DNA from: Felis catus
Taxonomy: Eukaryota
Assembly (NCBI RefSeq): GCF_018350175.1
Contig: NC_058369.1
Location: forward strand, 162,378,001 to 162,442,000
DNA: 64,000 bases
Direction of reading: 5' to 3'
Shown: positions 13,172 to 24,847 of the stretch, in pieces
Layout: every line of letters starts with the position of its first letter
Position numbering within the stretch: position 1 is the first letter of the stretch
Made by a program: the position numbers and the translations under genes
Notes under the pieces: generated by a model
The model's input: the letters and a program-made list of their open reading frames with translations, nothing else
Told to the model about the DNA's origin: nothing
The model's database searches: none

Positions 13172-14620
13172 AGGTAACAGATTGTTTTAAAGACAACTGG
13201 AATAAAAAATAAAAGTAACTGGAGTATTTCGCAAGACTGCCAAATTTTTCAAAATGCATAGATTAAGGCCCACATGTAAAATTTTTTACATGATGTATTT
13301 CATATTTGGGGTGTGTTTTGTAGTTAAAGCCTGTTCTATCTAATTAGATCACGGACTATTTATTCCTCTGAGTCAGTTATCTCATTTCACTTCATACGAT
13401 GTTAAATACTTTCTACCCCCTATTAACAAAAAAATAAAACTTGCTAAAAAATAATGACCCGTACTACGTTAGCTTAAATGTTAGCTTAAATACATGAGGA
13501 TGTACGGTTTTTCAGGATTCTCCCGAGACAGAACGTCTCTGAGACCCTCTGTGCTGTTTCTTGGCCTTTCGGGGCTCGCCAGAATGTCCTCATCTGTCGC
13601 AGGGAGGGCCTCAGAGGGGCTGGGGCTCGATGGCACAGAGACCAGGACATAGAGGGTGGTGGCTGGGAACAGCAGAGACGGCGTGTGCGTGGGATGTGGT
13701 AACTACAGACACCAGATGGACGTATGGGAAAGGGAGACTGGCCGCAGACCAGGTGCGCACAGGTGGAGAGGTGGGGCAGCTTACGAAAATGCCACGCCTG
13801 GAGATTATGTTCCACAAAACATCAACTCTGGGTTAATGCCGATGATAAGCAGACTACGATTTCTGACAGCTTCCATGCGTCAGCCACGTGACTGGCTGCT
13901 TTGGGGGGGGGTGGTCTGAGGTCAAACAGCTGGAGCCTTCCTGCAAAACCAGATGGAGCACCAGGGGACCTATTTCTGGCATGTGAGGTCATGCACCTTT
14001 AGAGTCTCTGGGGACCCACTACTGTGGGCACACAAGTCCTGACAACAGGGTCTGGCCCTCCCGCCCCACCCCACCAAGATGTGCAGCCTGCCCATGTTCC
14101 CTGGAGATCTCCCTGGCCTGAAGGACAGCTCCCGTCCTGTCCCCAGCAGGCCTCAGCGTGGGGCTCTCTGGTCATCAGCCCTTCCTAGGAGTCAGTTCTT
14201 CGTCTTGCTCCTAGAAGTAGGTGATTCTGACGTGCCTGCTGGCAGACCAGCCCTGTCCTGCTCCCAGGTACCGGCTGGGGGAGGCCCAGACCAGAGGTGT
14301 CCTGGGCTCAGCTGGGAGGCCCCTTCAGCACGCCTCTGGAGGCCGTCTTACCCCTTCCCTGTCCCAGAGTCCAGCCCCAGCCCGGGTCTTAGAAATCTAT
14401 GAAACATCAGATCAAACCAGACCTAAGCCGGAACCCACGAACCCCGGGCCAACCTCCTGTGCTGGCCAGACTGGGGGAGGGCTCACGGGACCCTTCACCT
14501 GGAAACGCAGACCCCTGTGTGTCTGCCGGCTTGGCCACGTGACCGGACGCATGGTGCGAGGTGTGGAGCGTGGATTTCCTTCCGTGTCCTGGCTCACCCT
14601 CCCTGTGCTGTCCCCGGCAG

Positions 14621-14714
14621 CTGGCTCATCACCATCCTGGCTCAGCTGAACCCCCTCTTTGGGCCGCAGCTGAAGAATGAGACCATCTGGTACGTGCGCT
14701 TCCTGTGGGAGTGA
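14621..14714 (+). CDS. ATP6V0E2: ATP6V0E2 coding exon 3 (exon continues to donor at 14735; 3'UTR exon from 15178)
   Basis: ggcag|C TGG...; [31 protein letters not shown]; 104+48+94 nt = 81 aa. Confidence 0.95.
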
Positions 14715-16900
14715 CCGCCGCCACTTTGGCCCCAGGTACTGGGGGCCCAGACCCCGCGGGTGGGACAGGGGCCTGGCGCGTAGGAGGAGAACACACAGGG
14801 CAGTCATAAGAGTTCACGTTTACACTCAGGCATTCATTTATTTGGCAAAAAGGAAACAAAAAGAGAAGAGGCAAAGCACATGTATTCTTCCTGGCGGTGC
14901 CGCAGGAGGGTGTGAGGCACCAGGGCTGGATGCAAGATCCGGGTCCTCGGGAAGCATGGCAGGCCCGGCCACGGTTGTGGGTTTGCAGGCCACAGAGGGC
15001 GTGGCCAGAATCTGTTGTGAGGGAGGGAGGCTCAGGGCACAGGGGCTTTTGAAGTCAGCCGAGTGGCTGGGGCACAGACAAGGACAAGGAAGTTCTCCAG
15101 GGAGTGGGGGGGAGGCGGTGGTGGAGAAGGCGTCTCCGCGGCAAGGAAGTGACCCCTTCGTGTGATGTGCTTTTCAGGTGCCCCAGTTCTCTGGATGACT
15201 TTGGCTGTACTGTCCCTGATGACCCCTTTGTCCCCACCTTCACAGCTGTATCTGAGTCCCTCCATGCTTCCCACCCCAGGATCTGTCTGGTTTGGGGACC
15301 TCCTGCCTTCTCCATCCAATCTGGGCCTTGGGAAGCCCCAAGTTCAGAGTCAGGCTGGAGCAGAAGCTATCCAGCCCTCAAACTCCCCCTGCCCCTCCCA
15401 AGTAGATCCCTGCCAGGAGCTGACGGGGGGTGGGGTGGGAGGTGGGGGGACCTTTCTCTTACAAATGTGGCAGTCCCAGAAAGGGCATGTGTTCTATGGA
15501 GAAGGGGGGTCCAGCCTGGGAGGCGGGACCAGAGAGGAAGCCCTGGGTGGGGAGTCAGCTGGTCCTCATCAGCTCTGCCACAGTCCTGCCCTGTGACCCC
15601 AGGAAGCATCTCTGCCTCTGTGGGCCTCCTCACCTCCTCACCCTGTGAGATGGACGGAGGGCATCCCAGAGGTCTTCCCTGGGATTCTGTAATTTTCAGA
15701 CACTTACAGATGTGGAATTCCCTAAGAAAGTTGAAGTAATGGAAAAACATTCACACACAAAAAACAACATAGTAATTTGGGTCAGGATTGAAAGCTGTAT
15801 GTTTACTTAGCACTCTTTGTAGTTATAAAGTCGCTTAAATGGGCTTGCTCAGAAAGCTGTATCTCCTTAGAATATCCTGTTCCATCTTCCTTCCCTATCT
15901 TGGCTCCTCCTCTGTGGATAAGCTCCCTGCAGCCTGGAGGGCTCAGTCTGGGCACAGGCCCAGGACTGGATTCCATCCTTTGACTACAGTGGGGTGAGTT
16001 TCAGAGCCCCCCTCATAGCAGCAGCTAGGTCACCCGGAGTTAGGGAGGATGAACCCGGAGTTAGGGAGAGATAGATGCAGGTGAGGTTTGGGCGGCACTG
16101 GGCCACTGGGTCCATCCTGGCCCCTGTCCACTCCTGCTCTGGGAGCACCTGGCCTGACAAGGCATGGAAAGCAGAATGTGCAGGAATCAGATGAGAGGGA
16201 ACCCAGGACCCCTGCCCATACTCTCCCTCCTCCCAAGAGAATTGAGGCTGAGACCTCAGGCATTTGCCCATGTCCCAGAACTAACTGGGGTCCCCTGATC
16301 TCCCACGCTGCCTCCCTGGGGGAAGACACCAATCTCCAATATTTGTTGAGCGTATTTATTTAATATTCTATTTAGCGGGCATTGTCTTTGGAACAGTGGT
16401 AGAATGTGCTATGTCTCACCTAGATTTCTTGGTTCTGGGCTTGGCCTGTTGCTCAGAGCTCCCAACTGGGGCTTCCCTTTGACATGCCAGCTCACCGCAC
16501 CCCCTTTCAAACTCCCTTCCTGTCCTGACCCTCTGTGGCCCTCCTGGAGAGGGGGCTGTGGAGTGTGGATTGTACTGAAAACCTGATCCATGACTAATGA
16601 GCGGCGGCTAAGTCCTGGCTGAGGCCACGCTTGCTGGCTGCTGCCCCCCTGTCCACCCAGTTCGCATGTGCTCAGTGGGTGGATTTGGGGCAAGGGAGAG
16701 ACTGGCAGCTGCTTGGAGCCACAGTTCTGGATCGTGGACACTGAAAACTACATTCTCCTGAGACCGGAAGGAGAATACAGCCGTCCCAGGTTCTGCCCAG
16801 AAGCAGTTCCGGCAGGAGAAGGAAGATGATTGTTCCAGTGGAAGTCTGACCGGCCTCTTCTGTGCCCCAGATACAGAGTGCACGGCGCCTGAGGGTGAGC

Positions 16901-16906
16901 AATAAA
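16901..16906 (+). terminator. Probable ATP6V0E2 poly(A) signal
   Basis: AATAAA ~1.7 kb into the last exon. Confidence 0.55.
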
Positions 16907-17169
16907 GCAGGCCCCCCCAAGTCTCCAGAGCGTGTCCTGCCTCGTTCCTGAATACCTGAGTGCACCCAGTCTGCCCGCCCCTGCCCCTCCTGCAGGGGCC
17001 GGAGCAGACTGAGCAGAGGACACTGGTCCTCCAGGGCCAGGGAGGGTGGTTCTTGCGCAGAGACGGAAGAGGTTTGGGGGTGGGGAGGCACTGGGAGGAA
17101 TGAGGGACCAGACCACTGAGGGCTTGTCACCGGCTGAGGAGCTTGGATTGACCCAAAGGGCAAAGCCAA

Positions 17170-17820
17170 GCCATGAAAGGGTTTTAAGGCAGGGGAGTGA
17201 CGTGACCCAATTTGATTTCTAGGATGATTTTTATAGGGTGTGTCACGGACAGGAGCCTGTCTATAGGGTCCCAGTGGAGCGTGGTGGTGAGGACGGAGGC
17301 GAGGGGGCGGCTGGAAGGTCTGGTCAGGGCTGCAGGTGACCAGCCTGTTGGCTGTGGGAGAGGGGCAGGCGGGGATGGATGCAGAAGGTTCTGGGCTCTG
17401 GTCGGGGGCCCTGCAGTGAGCAGTAGCTACGGAGGTCCCGGAGCTGCTGGCTGATGGGCTCCGTGAGGGGCCACAGAGGAACAGGTTTCAGAGGGGAAAC
17501 GGTGGCCTGTGGTCTCCTTTGTTTCCTGGTGAGTCGGACGTGTCCAGGGCATCCGTGTGGAGATGTCCAGTGAGTGGTCAGGTGAATGGGTTTGAAAGTC
17601 AGGAGGAAGATGTGGCCTGAAGAGCTGAGAGTCTTCAGCAGAAAATAACGGTGGTCCCTGAGCCCGTGGAGTGGGGTGCAGTGTGAGACCCCCGGGAATG
17701 CCAGCGATCATGGGGTGGGCAGATAAAGAAGGGCCCCCGTCAGGCGTACAAGAGGTTCTCAAGGGGACGAGAGGAGAGCTGGGTGAGTAGAACCACCAGA
17801 GGATTCCTGGAAGTGGTTCA
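17170..17820. mobile_element. Old L2 LINE fragment
   Basis: gggttttaaggcaggggagtgac...ggagatgtccagtgag..tcaggaggaag diverged L2-like phrases. Confidence 0.55.
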
Positions 17821-18541
17821 AGAGGAAGGAAGGTCCAGGGCCTCAGAGGGCGCCCCCCCCCCCCCCAGAGGTCAAGGGGGAGGGGAGACCGGGGACAGCA
17901 GCGACTTCAGAAAGCCCAAGAGAGAGAAAGGGAGTGATACAACAAGGGGACCTTCCTGGGTCACTTCTTCTGGGTCCCTGCGGGTCAGGCCCCGGGCCTG
18001 GGGACGTACCCCATAAGGCTGTGTGGCATCTCCATCTCTGCAGCTGAAACTTAAGCCAGCCCCGCCCTCTGGGCTCCCTGCTCCCCCCAGCCACTCCCCC
18101 CTTAGGGTCTCAGGTCTGGGATGCTGAAGATCACTGGCCCAGGCCCAGGGTTGGGGAGGTGGGGGGCAACGTCCGGTTGCTTTCCCTCGCAGTTTCCCTT
18201 CCCTGGCTTCTCAGTTTCCCTGGCATCAGACTGCGGCCGCTCCTCCGGACTCTCTCAGGATGTGTGTCTGTCCCTCTGTTCGGGTGCAGTCCTGGGGAGC
18301 ATCCTGCGCTCTCCAGGCCACCTCCGAACAGAGCAGCTTGGGGCTGGCAGCCCCTTCCCCAGCACGGTCCTTCCCTCCGCTCCCTTTCTGCCTGCATGGC
18401 CATCCAGGGAGAAGGGAGAGCAGCTGAGAGCATGGGTGCATGACTCCCAGGATCTGATGCCCACCCACTGGGTGAGGGTTGCATTCCTATCAAAGCTTTC
18501 ACCCCCGCACCCACGGCAGAAACTGCAAGATGAACAGGTCT

Positions 18542-19134
18542 TGTCAAAGATAAGCATGGCTGGACATGAGTTAAAGCAGTGAGAAGCAGGTTTTATTCTG
18601 TAACTACTGATAGTAAGGGAAATCTGAGCTCCCTCTTATCTGTGCTGAGGTGACCGGCAGTTTAAAGGGAGAGTGAGGGCTCAAGTAAGTCAGGAAAGTG
18701 AGAAATCACAAAGGGTTGGTTAGTGTAAGTGCCACTAGGCCACCTGTGTCTCCCACAGAGACTGGGACCCGATCCTAACTGATTTCATTTCGGAAGACTG
18801 GGGTTCAGGTCCTGGAGGGAGACATCACTGGATTGCAGGAGATATGTATATATCTCTCAAAGGGACAGAGGAAGGATTCACGACTGCAAGCGTTTTTAGT
18901 AAATGCTGTAAGAAAGGACAGAGGGCAGAGGGTCAGAGGTCTGTGGTCAAGTTTTGGCTGGAAATGACCGTAAATTCTTCTGACAGAGCTTTTTGAGAGA
19001 AGAACCCAACAGGGCTACGTTGCCCCGGGTATCCAGCCTTAGGCTGTCTGAAGCCACACGCGGTTGGTTGAGTCTCTTTGTGCAGGGTTTGAACTGAAAC
19101 GTGCCGAGAGTTGTTTTGTAGTTCATTTCAAACA
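18542..19134 (-). mobile_element. ERV1-class solo LTR (MER34/MER39-like)
   Basis: TG...CA ends, minus-strand AATAAA ~18592, agtaaatgct(g/c)ta motif shared with the LTR at 44244. Confidence 0.55.
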
Positions 19135-20545
19135 TCTGCCATCTGCTACGTGGGGGCTCGTCAGTGAATGTCTCCTCGGACAGACACTCGGAGAACTTAC
19201 ATGAAGCAAAAGTTTCCTAAATATGGGAAGTGGCAGAGAGTAGGAAACCCCTGCACCATACCTAGTGGCAGAGTAGGAGGGAAACAGCCTTGGAGACCAC
19301 CCTGGGACTGGACGAACCCCAAGAGAAGAAACACCAAAGGCAGCCAAGGTAAGCTAAGCTGCACACACACAGGGTGGCCAGCAGAGGGCAGTGCTCTCAC
19401 GAAGGCGCTAAACCTCCTGAGACCGGTTTACGCCACCCCTGGGGATGCCTTGCACACGTTAGAGGTTGTGGCCTTAGAGCACCGCTGTTAGTGGGGAGCA
19501 GGGACAACCCTCCAGAGGATAACATAGCCTGAGTGGAATGTCCTTCAAGGATACGTAACCACAACCACGGCTAATGTTCATTGAGCAGTTGCTAGGAGCC
19601 AAGCACTATCAAAACCAAAGGGCAAAGAGCTAAGGAAACTTGCTAGCTTGACGCTGCTCTGATGCCAGCCTTCCAAAAATCTTGTGTGTCTTCTTACCGC
19701 CTCCACATCCCCGAGAGATCTGGCATATTCCAGTGTGTACAAGAGACACCCATCAGCCCAGATTCTGAACAAGGAAGAGAAGATACAGACAGACCTATAC
19801 TCTCATGCAGGCCACAAGGGTTACCTCTTACTTTAGACCCTAGAGTAAGCCCTTTGATGAATTTTAGTTGCTTTGAACAGAAACCGGATAGTTGATAGCA
19901 ATGGGAATGTGAGCAGAGGTGAAATCGAGCGGGGGTGGTTATAACCTCCAGGTCTGTGTGCTGGAAGTGACCTTTGTGTATAAACCTTGGGGCTTCCAGG
20001 AACAAAGTCAGTTGACAGACACCACAGCTTTGCTTTTAAAACCAGGAAAGTGAGGGCAAATGACCAAAGTCTAGGCTAACTCAGACCATTTTCTGTGTTA
20101 ATGAACCTGCAGAAGAATCACTCAGAACAAAAAAAAAAAACCCCACAGAATGCTAGGACCAAGCCAGCACTAAATCACCAACTAATTGATGTTAGTTGAG
20201 TGAAAGTTACTTAATCTTTATGATCTTCGTTTTACTGCTTAGTTGGTATAATAATAATAGTGCCTGCCTCAGAGAGATTGGGAATATGAGCCAAGAGAAT
20301 GGGTTAAAGTGCCTGGCTCACCAGTAAGTGGAAGCTATTAATCACACTATTTTTATATATGTTAGTTCCTTGCCACTCTATTCTGCCAGGACCTCAGCTT
20401 CCTTTTCCTTTTTTTTTTTTTTTTTTTTTTTGTTCCCATCACAGACACTATGCTGATCCACTGTGAGCATTTTGATATATGAAGTATGACCTGGGAATCG
20501 AGGACCAAGAAAGATACCTGGGGCCTGTTTATGTATCTGTATTTC

Positions 20546-20982
20546 TTTTTTATTTTTTTAAAGTTTATTTTTGAGAAAAAGAGAGTGTGCGCGTGTGCAA
20601 GCAGGTAAGGGGGTTAAGGGGCAGAGAAAGAGAGGGAGATACAGAATCCAAAGCAGACTCCAGGCTCTGAATTGTCAGCACAGACCCCGATGTGGGGCTC
20701 GAACTCACAAACCGTGAGATCATGAACTGAGCCAAAGTCTGACACCCGACTGAGTCACCCAGGTGCCCCCTTATTTTATTGTTTAAAAGTTTATTTTAGA
20801 GAGAGAGAGAGTGCGTGCATGTGTGTGCAAGTGGAATAGGAATAGAGAGAGAAGGAGACAAGATCAGAAGTGGGCTCCACGCTGACAGCAGAAAGTATGA
20901 TGCGGGCTCCAACTCACAAACCCTGAGATCATGACCCAAACTGAAGCCAAACGCTTAACCGACTGAGCCACCCAGGCGCCTC
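20546..20982 (-). mobile_element. Two nested Can-SINEs
   Basis: Heads end ~20770 and ~20982; outer TSD tatg(t/c)atctg(t/c)atttc 20530/20983. Confidence 0.88.
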
Positions 20983-21284
20983 TATGCATCTGCATTTCTG
21001 CTTCCTGTCAAATGTCCATGACATAACTTACAAATGCAGTGTCCTCTCAATGAAAACACTAAAGATGGGGGAGGGGGATACTAGAGTAGATATGCTTATT
21101 CTAAAGTTCTCAGGAAAAAATAAACGGAGAAATAACCAGGAAATTACTGGAAAAGCAGAGTATTGAGGATACTCCCAGATATTTGAAAGTATGACAGAGT
21201 CACGATGTGCAAAGCTACAGAAATGAAAACAATGGTGCTGGCACATGGACTGAGAGAATCAAGTAACATTAAAAATGACTTGAT

Positions 21285-21496
21285 GGGGCACCTAGGTGGC
21301 TCAGTGGGTTAAGCATCTGACTATAGATTTTGACCCAGGTCATGAGCTCATCATTGATGAGCTCCAGCCTCGCATCAGGCTCCTCTGTGACAGTGCGGAG
21401 CCTGCTTGGGAATCCTCTCTCTCTTCTCTCTGCCCCTCCCTGGCTTGTGCGCACTTATGCTCTCTCTCTCCCCCTTAAATTTACAAATAACACTTT
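21285..21496 (+). mobile_element. Can-SINE
   Basis: ggggcacctaggtggctcag head; TSD-like aaaa(a/g)tgact(t/c)gat. Confidence 0.88.
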
Positions 21497-21799
21497 AAAA
21501 AGTGACTCGATAAATTGTAAAGATGTGTACTCTTGTTGCAGAGGTCCTAGTTTTAGCCCAAACAGGAGGACTGGACCAGCCTGGAGTCGATTTACTGGGG
21601 GCCAGGGGAGGGACGCTATGAGGGTAAAAACCGAGACCACCCCTGGCAAGATGAATAGGAACGACTGCCCAAGGCTAGGTAGTGACCCCAGCCTAGGCCC
21701 TTTCATCAATCTGACCCTAGGGCTGCCAAGAAGCTCAAGGCAGCCTGTGAGACAAGAATTGGGCACTTTCGTGGAAGAACACTGCATTCTCTGCCCATC

Positions 21800-22760
21800 C
21801 CAAGGGGCGCAGCCTCCGTGGCCCCTGAACGGCTGTTTGCGGAGGTGGTAGCGCGTCCCAGGAGACATGGGCGAAGACTTCGCGGCACCGCCAAGCGGTG
21901 GGGAACCGTCCCGGGAGACACCCCGGGAGGGCTTCCCGAAATGCCGCGCGAGCCTTCAAGGCTGGAAGAGACCCCGACAACATGTCCATTACAATGGCTG
22001 CGGTTCCGTCTGTCTGCGCGCGGGTCGCACTCGGGCATCTTCCCCGGGCGCAGGGAGCCCGGGTCGGAAAGGGCCTTGGACATCAGCTAGGGAGGAAGAC
22101 TAGGCCACCGCTGTCTCTTCGCGCGTGTGACTGCTTTCTCGAGGCCACGTAGCTGAAGCAGCGATATTAAACTAGTGCTAGGGTTTCCCAGCCACGGTGA
22201 AAAGAACGCGCGACTTCGGGCGGAGCGGACCCCGCAAACCTAGGGCTTCCGGCCGCGGCCGCCCGCGCCTGCGCACTGGGGGGCGCGGGCCGCCAGCTGG
22301 AGGAGCGTACCATCCTCAGGCAGGGGTGGGCGCGCGTCGCTCCCGGAACTAGCCCCTGCGCGTCCCGGAAGTCGAGCCCCCTACCCCGGCTCCTTTGGGC
22401 CTTTGGTGTCTTCCGGGGGCTCCCGCCGCGGCTGGGGGTGAGGCGCGGTGGCCGGTGGGGCGGTGGGCTCGTCGCTGCCGACTGCTGCGGGGCTGTCGGC
22501 TGCGGCGGGAGCGGCGTCCGGCTTCGCAGCTTCGCGGGCCTGGTCTCAGCGGGCGGCCAGGCCCCTCCCGGACCCCAGGCCCTAGGTAAGCCGGGGAGGG
22601 GGCGTTGCGGTCCCGCTTCACGGACGCGGACGCCGGGGCTGGAGGGTGGGGCGCCTTGCCCAGCCCCTCCCGGCGCGTCGGAAGGCCCCGGGGTCTCCCT
22701 CCCTGGCTAGCAGCCCCCTCCCAGTGCCCGGCGCCTAAAGCACGCCCGGTGAGGCAGTAT
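21800..22760 (+). promoter_or_regulatory. LRRC61: CpG island promoter and non-coding exon 1 of LRRC61 (donor after 22585), likely shared with ZBED10
   Basis: CpG-dense; NRF1-like GCGCCTGCGCA (~22265), ETS CCGGAAGT (~22365); CTAG|gtaagc donor. Confidence 0.75.
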
Positions 22761-24676
22761 GTATTGGACAGCGGGTCGTGTCCAGTCTCGCTCTGTGCCA
22801 GGGACTGCCCTTAAACAGGCTTCTACATGTTTTAGCTCACGGAACAAGCCTGTGAGGTGGGGGCTGTTATCCCTGTTGTATAGGTGAAAAAACCGAGGCA
22901 CCCTAGTGCGGGATCGTAGGTAGCTGTTGAGTGGGTAGCAGCCAGGATTTCAGCCCACGTATCCTGGCTCCAGACCTCATGCTCTTCAGTCCATTATGGA
23001 AGGCAGCCTCGCAGAACACAGCAACGGGTTCTCCTGGTGTGTAATTTAAAACAGATCTCATCTTTTGTCACTTTGGCATAATGTGAAATCTAACAACACG
23101 CGATTATTCTTTAAAACGTCTCGCTTCGGGTTTGCTGGAAGCCAAATTTTCATGCGTGGTCAAACTCCAAAACGTATAGTAACTTGCTCTACTCTTTTCC
23201 TTCCTCCCATTCTTTTTCTCCCCACCTTTCTGTCTCCCCGCAAGTGAGTGGGTGGAGGGTGGGGGATGAGGAACCCAGGACTTGAGGGCCCAGCAAGTGC
23301 CTTGAAATGTCCTGGGGTCTGGGATGGATAGACAGCGCAGGAGCTAAGACAGGAGGGGGCTGGTCGGTGGGATTGGGCAGTAAAAACAGAGAGAAAGGTG
23401 TGGCATAGTTATGGGATACCCTGGGCAGGCTGAGCTCTGCACAAGGCTCTGGGGTGAGGCAGACACAGAGAAGTAGGGAAGTGGTTCCTTGCCTTCTGGG
23501 CATGCACATGGGGAAAGGGCTGCTGAGTGCAGTTAGAAGAGAGCCCCCTGATCCATGCAGGCTGCACAGATGTAGGAGACATGCAAGAGACACCTGCCAT
23601 CTCAGTCTCAGCCAGCAGGTTGCTGCCTCTGGAGACCTATGGCTTCCCCTTGGGAATCTGTAGGCTCCTTGTCATAAACTGCCTCAGTTCCTTCCCCCAC
23701 CTGCACTCAGGGGCTTGCCTGGCACCGCAGCCATCCGTCTTTCTTTGCTCTCAGAGAAAATAGATTCTTTCTCGTCTCCAAAGATAAACCCGCTCACCGC
23801 CTGTGTCCTGCATCCCTTTGCCAAAGAAAGTTCCTGCCATCACTTCTTTCCTGTATATGTATATTCTTTTCTCTCTTCCCACTGCGCCCTTTCTCTGTTT
23901 GGAGATGAAGTCAAGCCTTTTATCTCCAAAGCGTGGCCCTTCTTTCCCCACCCCACCTCTGACATGGCAGGCACCTGTGTCCCCCAGTTCTCACTGCACA
24001 GCCATGTCTCTGTCTTCGTCCTCTGCAGTGACCTTGACTCTGCCTGGCCTACCTGGAGAGTCTTCTCTTGGCTTTCCTAACTTGGCTTTAGTTTCTTCTG
24101 TGTCTGTCTTTGCCTGTCAGTCATTTTGGAAGTCCCCTCCCCTTCTGGCCTCTCTACAGTGTCCGCGTTGCCTGGATAGCCGCCCGCCACTCTCTTCTCC
24201 CTCCGGCCCTTTCCTTAGTTTCTGTGGAGGCTTTCACACGGATCTGTACCTTTAGCTCAGACCTTACCTCGTATCTGTCACATGTATTTCTAAAGATTTG
24301 TTGCAGAACAACTGCGAATCAGTATATCCAAAAGTGACCTGCATTAGTCAATGGGATCACTAGGGAGTCCCCCTCTGTCCCCCAGTTCTTCTCCACATGT
24401 GCCTCTGGAAGAGCTGTCCAAACTGTCCCCGCAGCCCCAGTCCCTCTGCCACTATCTGCCCGGCCCTCCTCACCCCCCGTGTGCCGTGCCTGCCTCACAT
24501 GGCCTCGCTGCAGTGCTCGTGATGCTGCTCAGTGGGTAGCCCGAGGGCCTCTGCGTTGTAGCTGTCCTCTAATGTGCGTTTATCATCTCTCAGGAGAAAT
24601 GTCACAAGTAACTTCTCACCGATAACCAAAGTACTGGAGTTTTTGAATGGTTTTCCTTTCAAATTTTGCATCTTAG

Positions 24677-24847
24677 ATTCATTTCGATTCGAGTTGGTCC
24701 TCCCAGTGTCAGCCTCGTTGTCGTCCTTGTGTGCTTTGGTGGCTTAAGAGAAGGCAGTGTGTTACATCGGCGACTGCACCTGCGCAAGGTCCCAGCTATA
24801 CTCAGGGAGTCCGTCAGGAGTTAAGGATCCTGAAGCAGTAGCTGAAG
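24677..24847 (+). other. Probable 5'UTR exon of LRRC61/ZBED10
   Basis: ttttgcatcttag| acceptor and strong AAG|gtaagt donor; no ATG inside. Confidence 0.6.

Noticed and set aside
16032-16070. Direct repeat acccggagttagggag x2
   Set aside because: Simple local duplication; not a telomeric array or CRISPR-like structure
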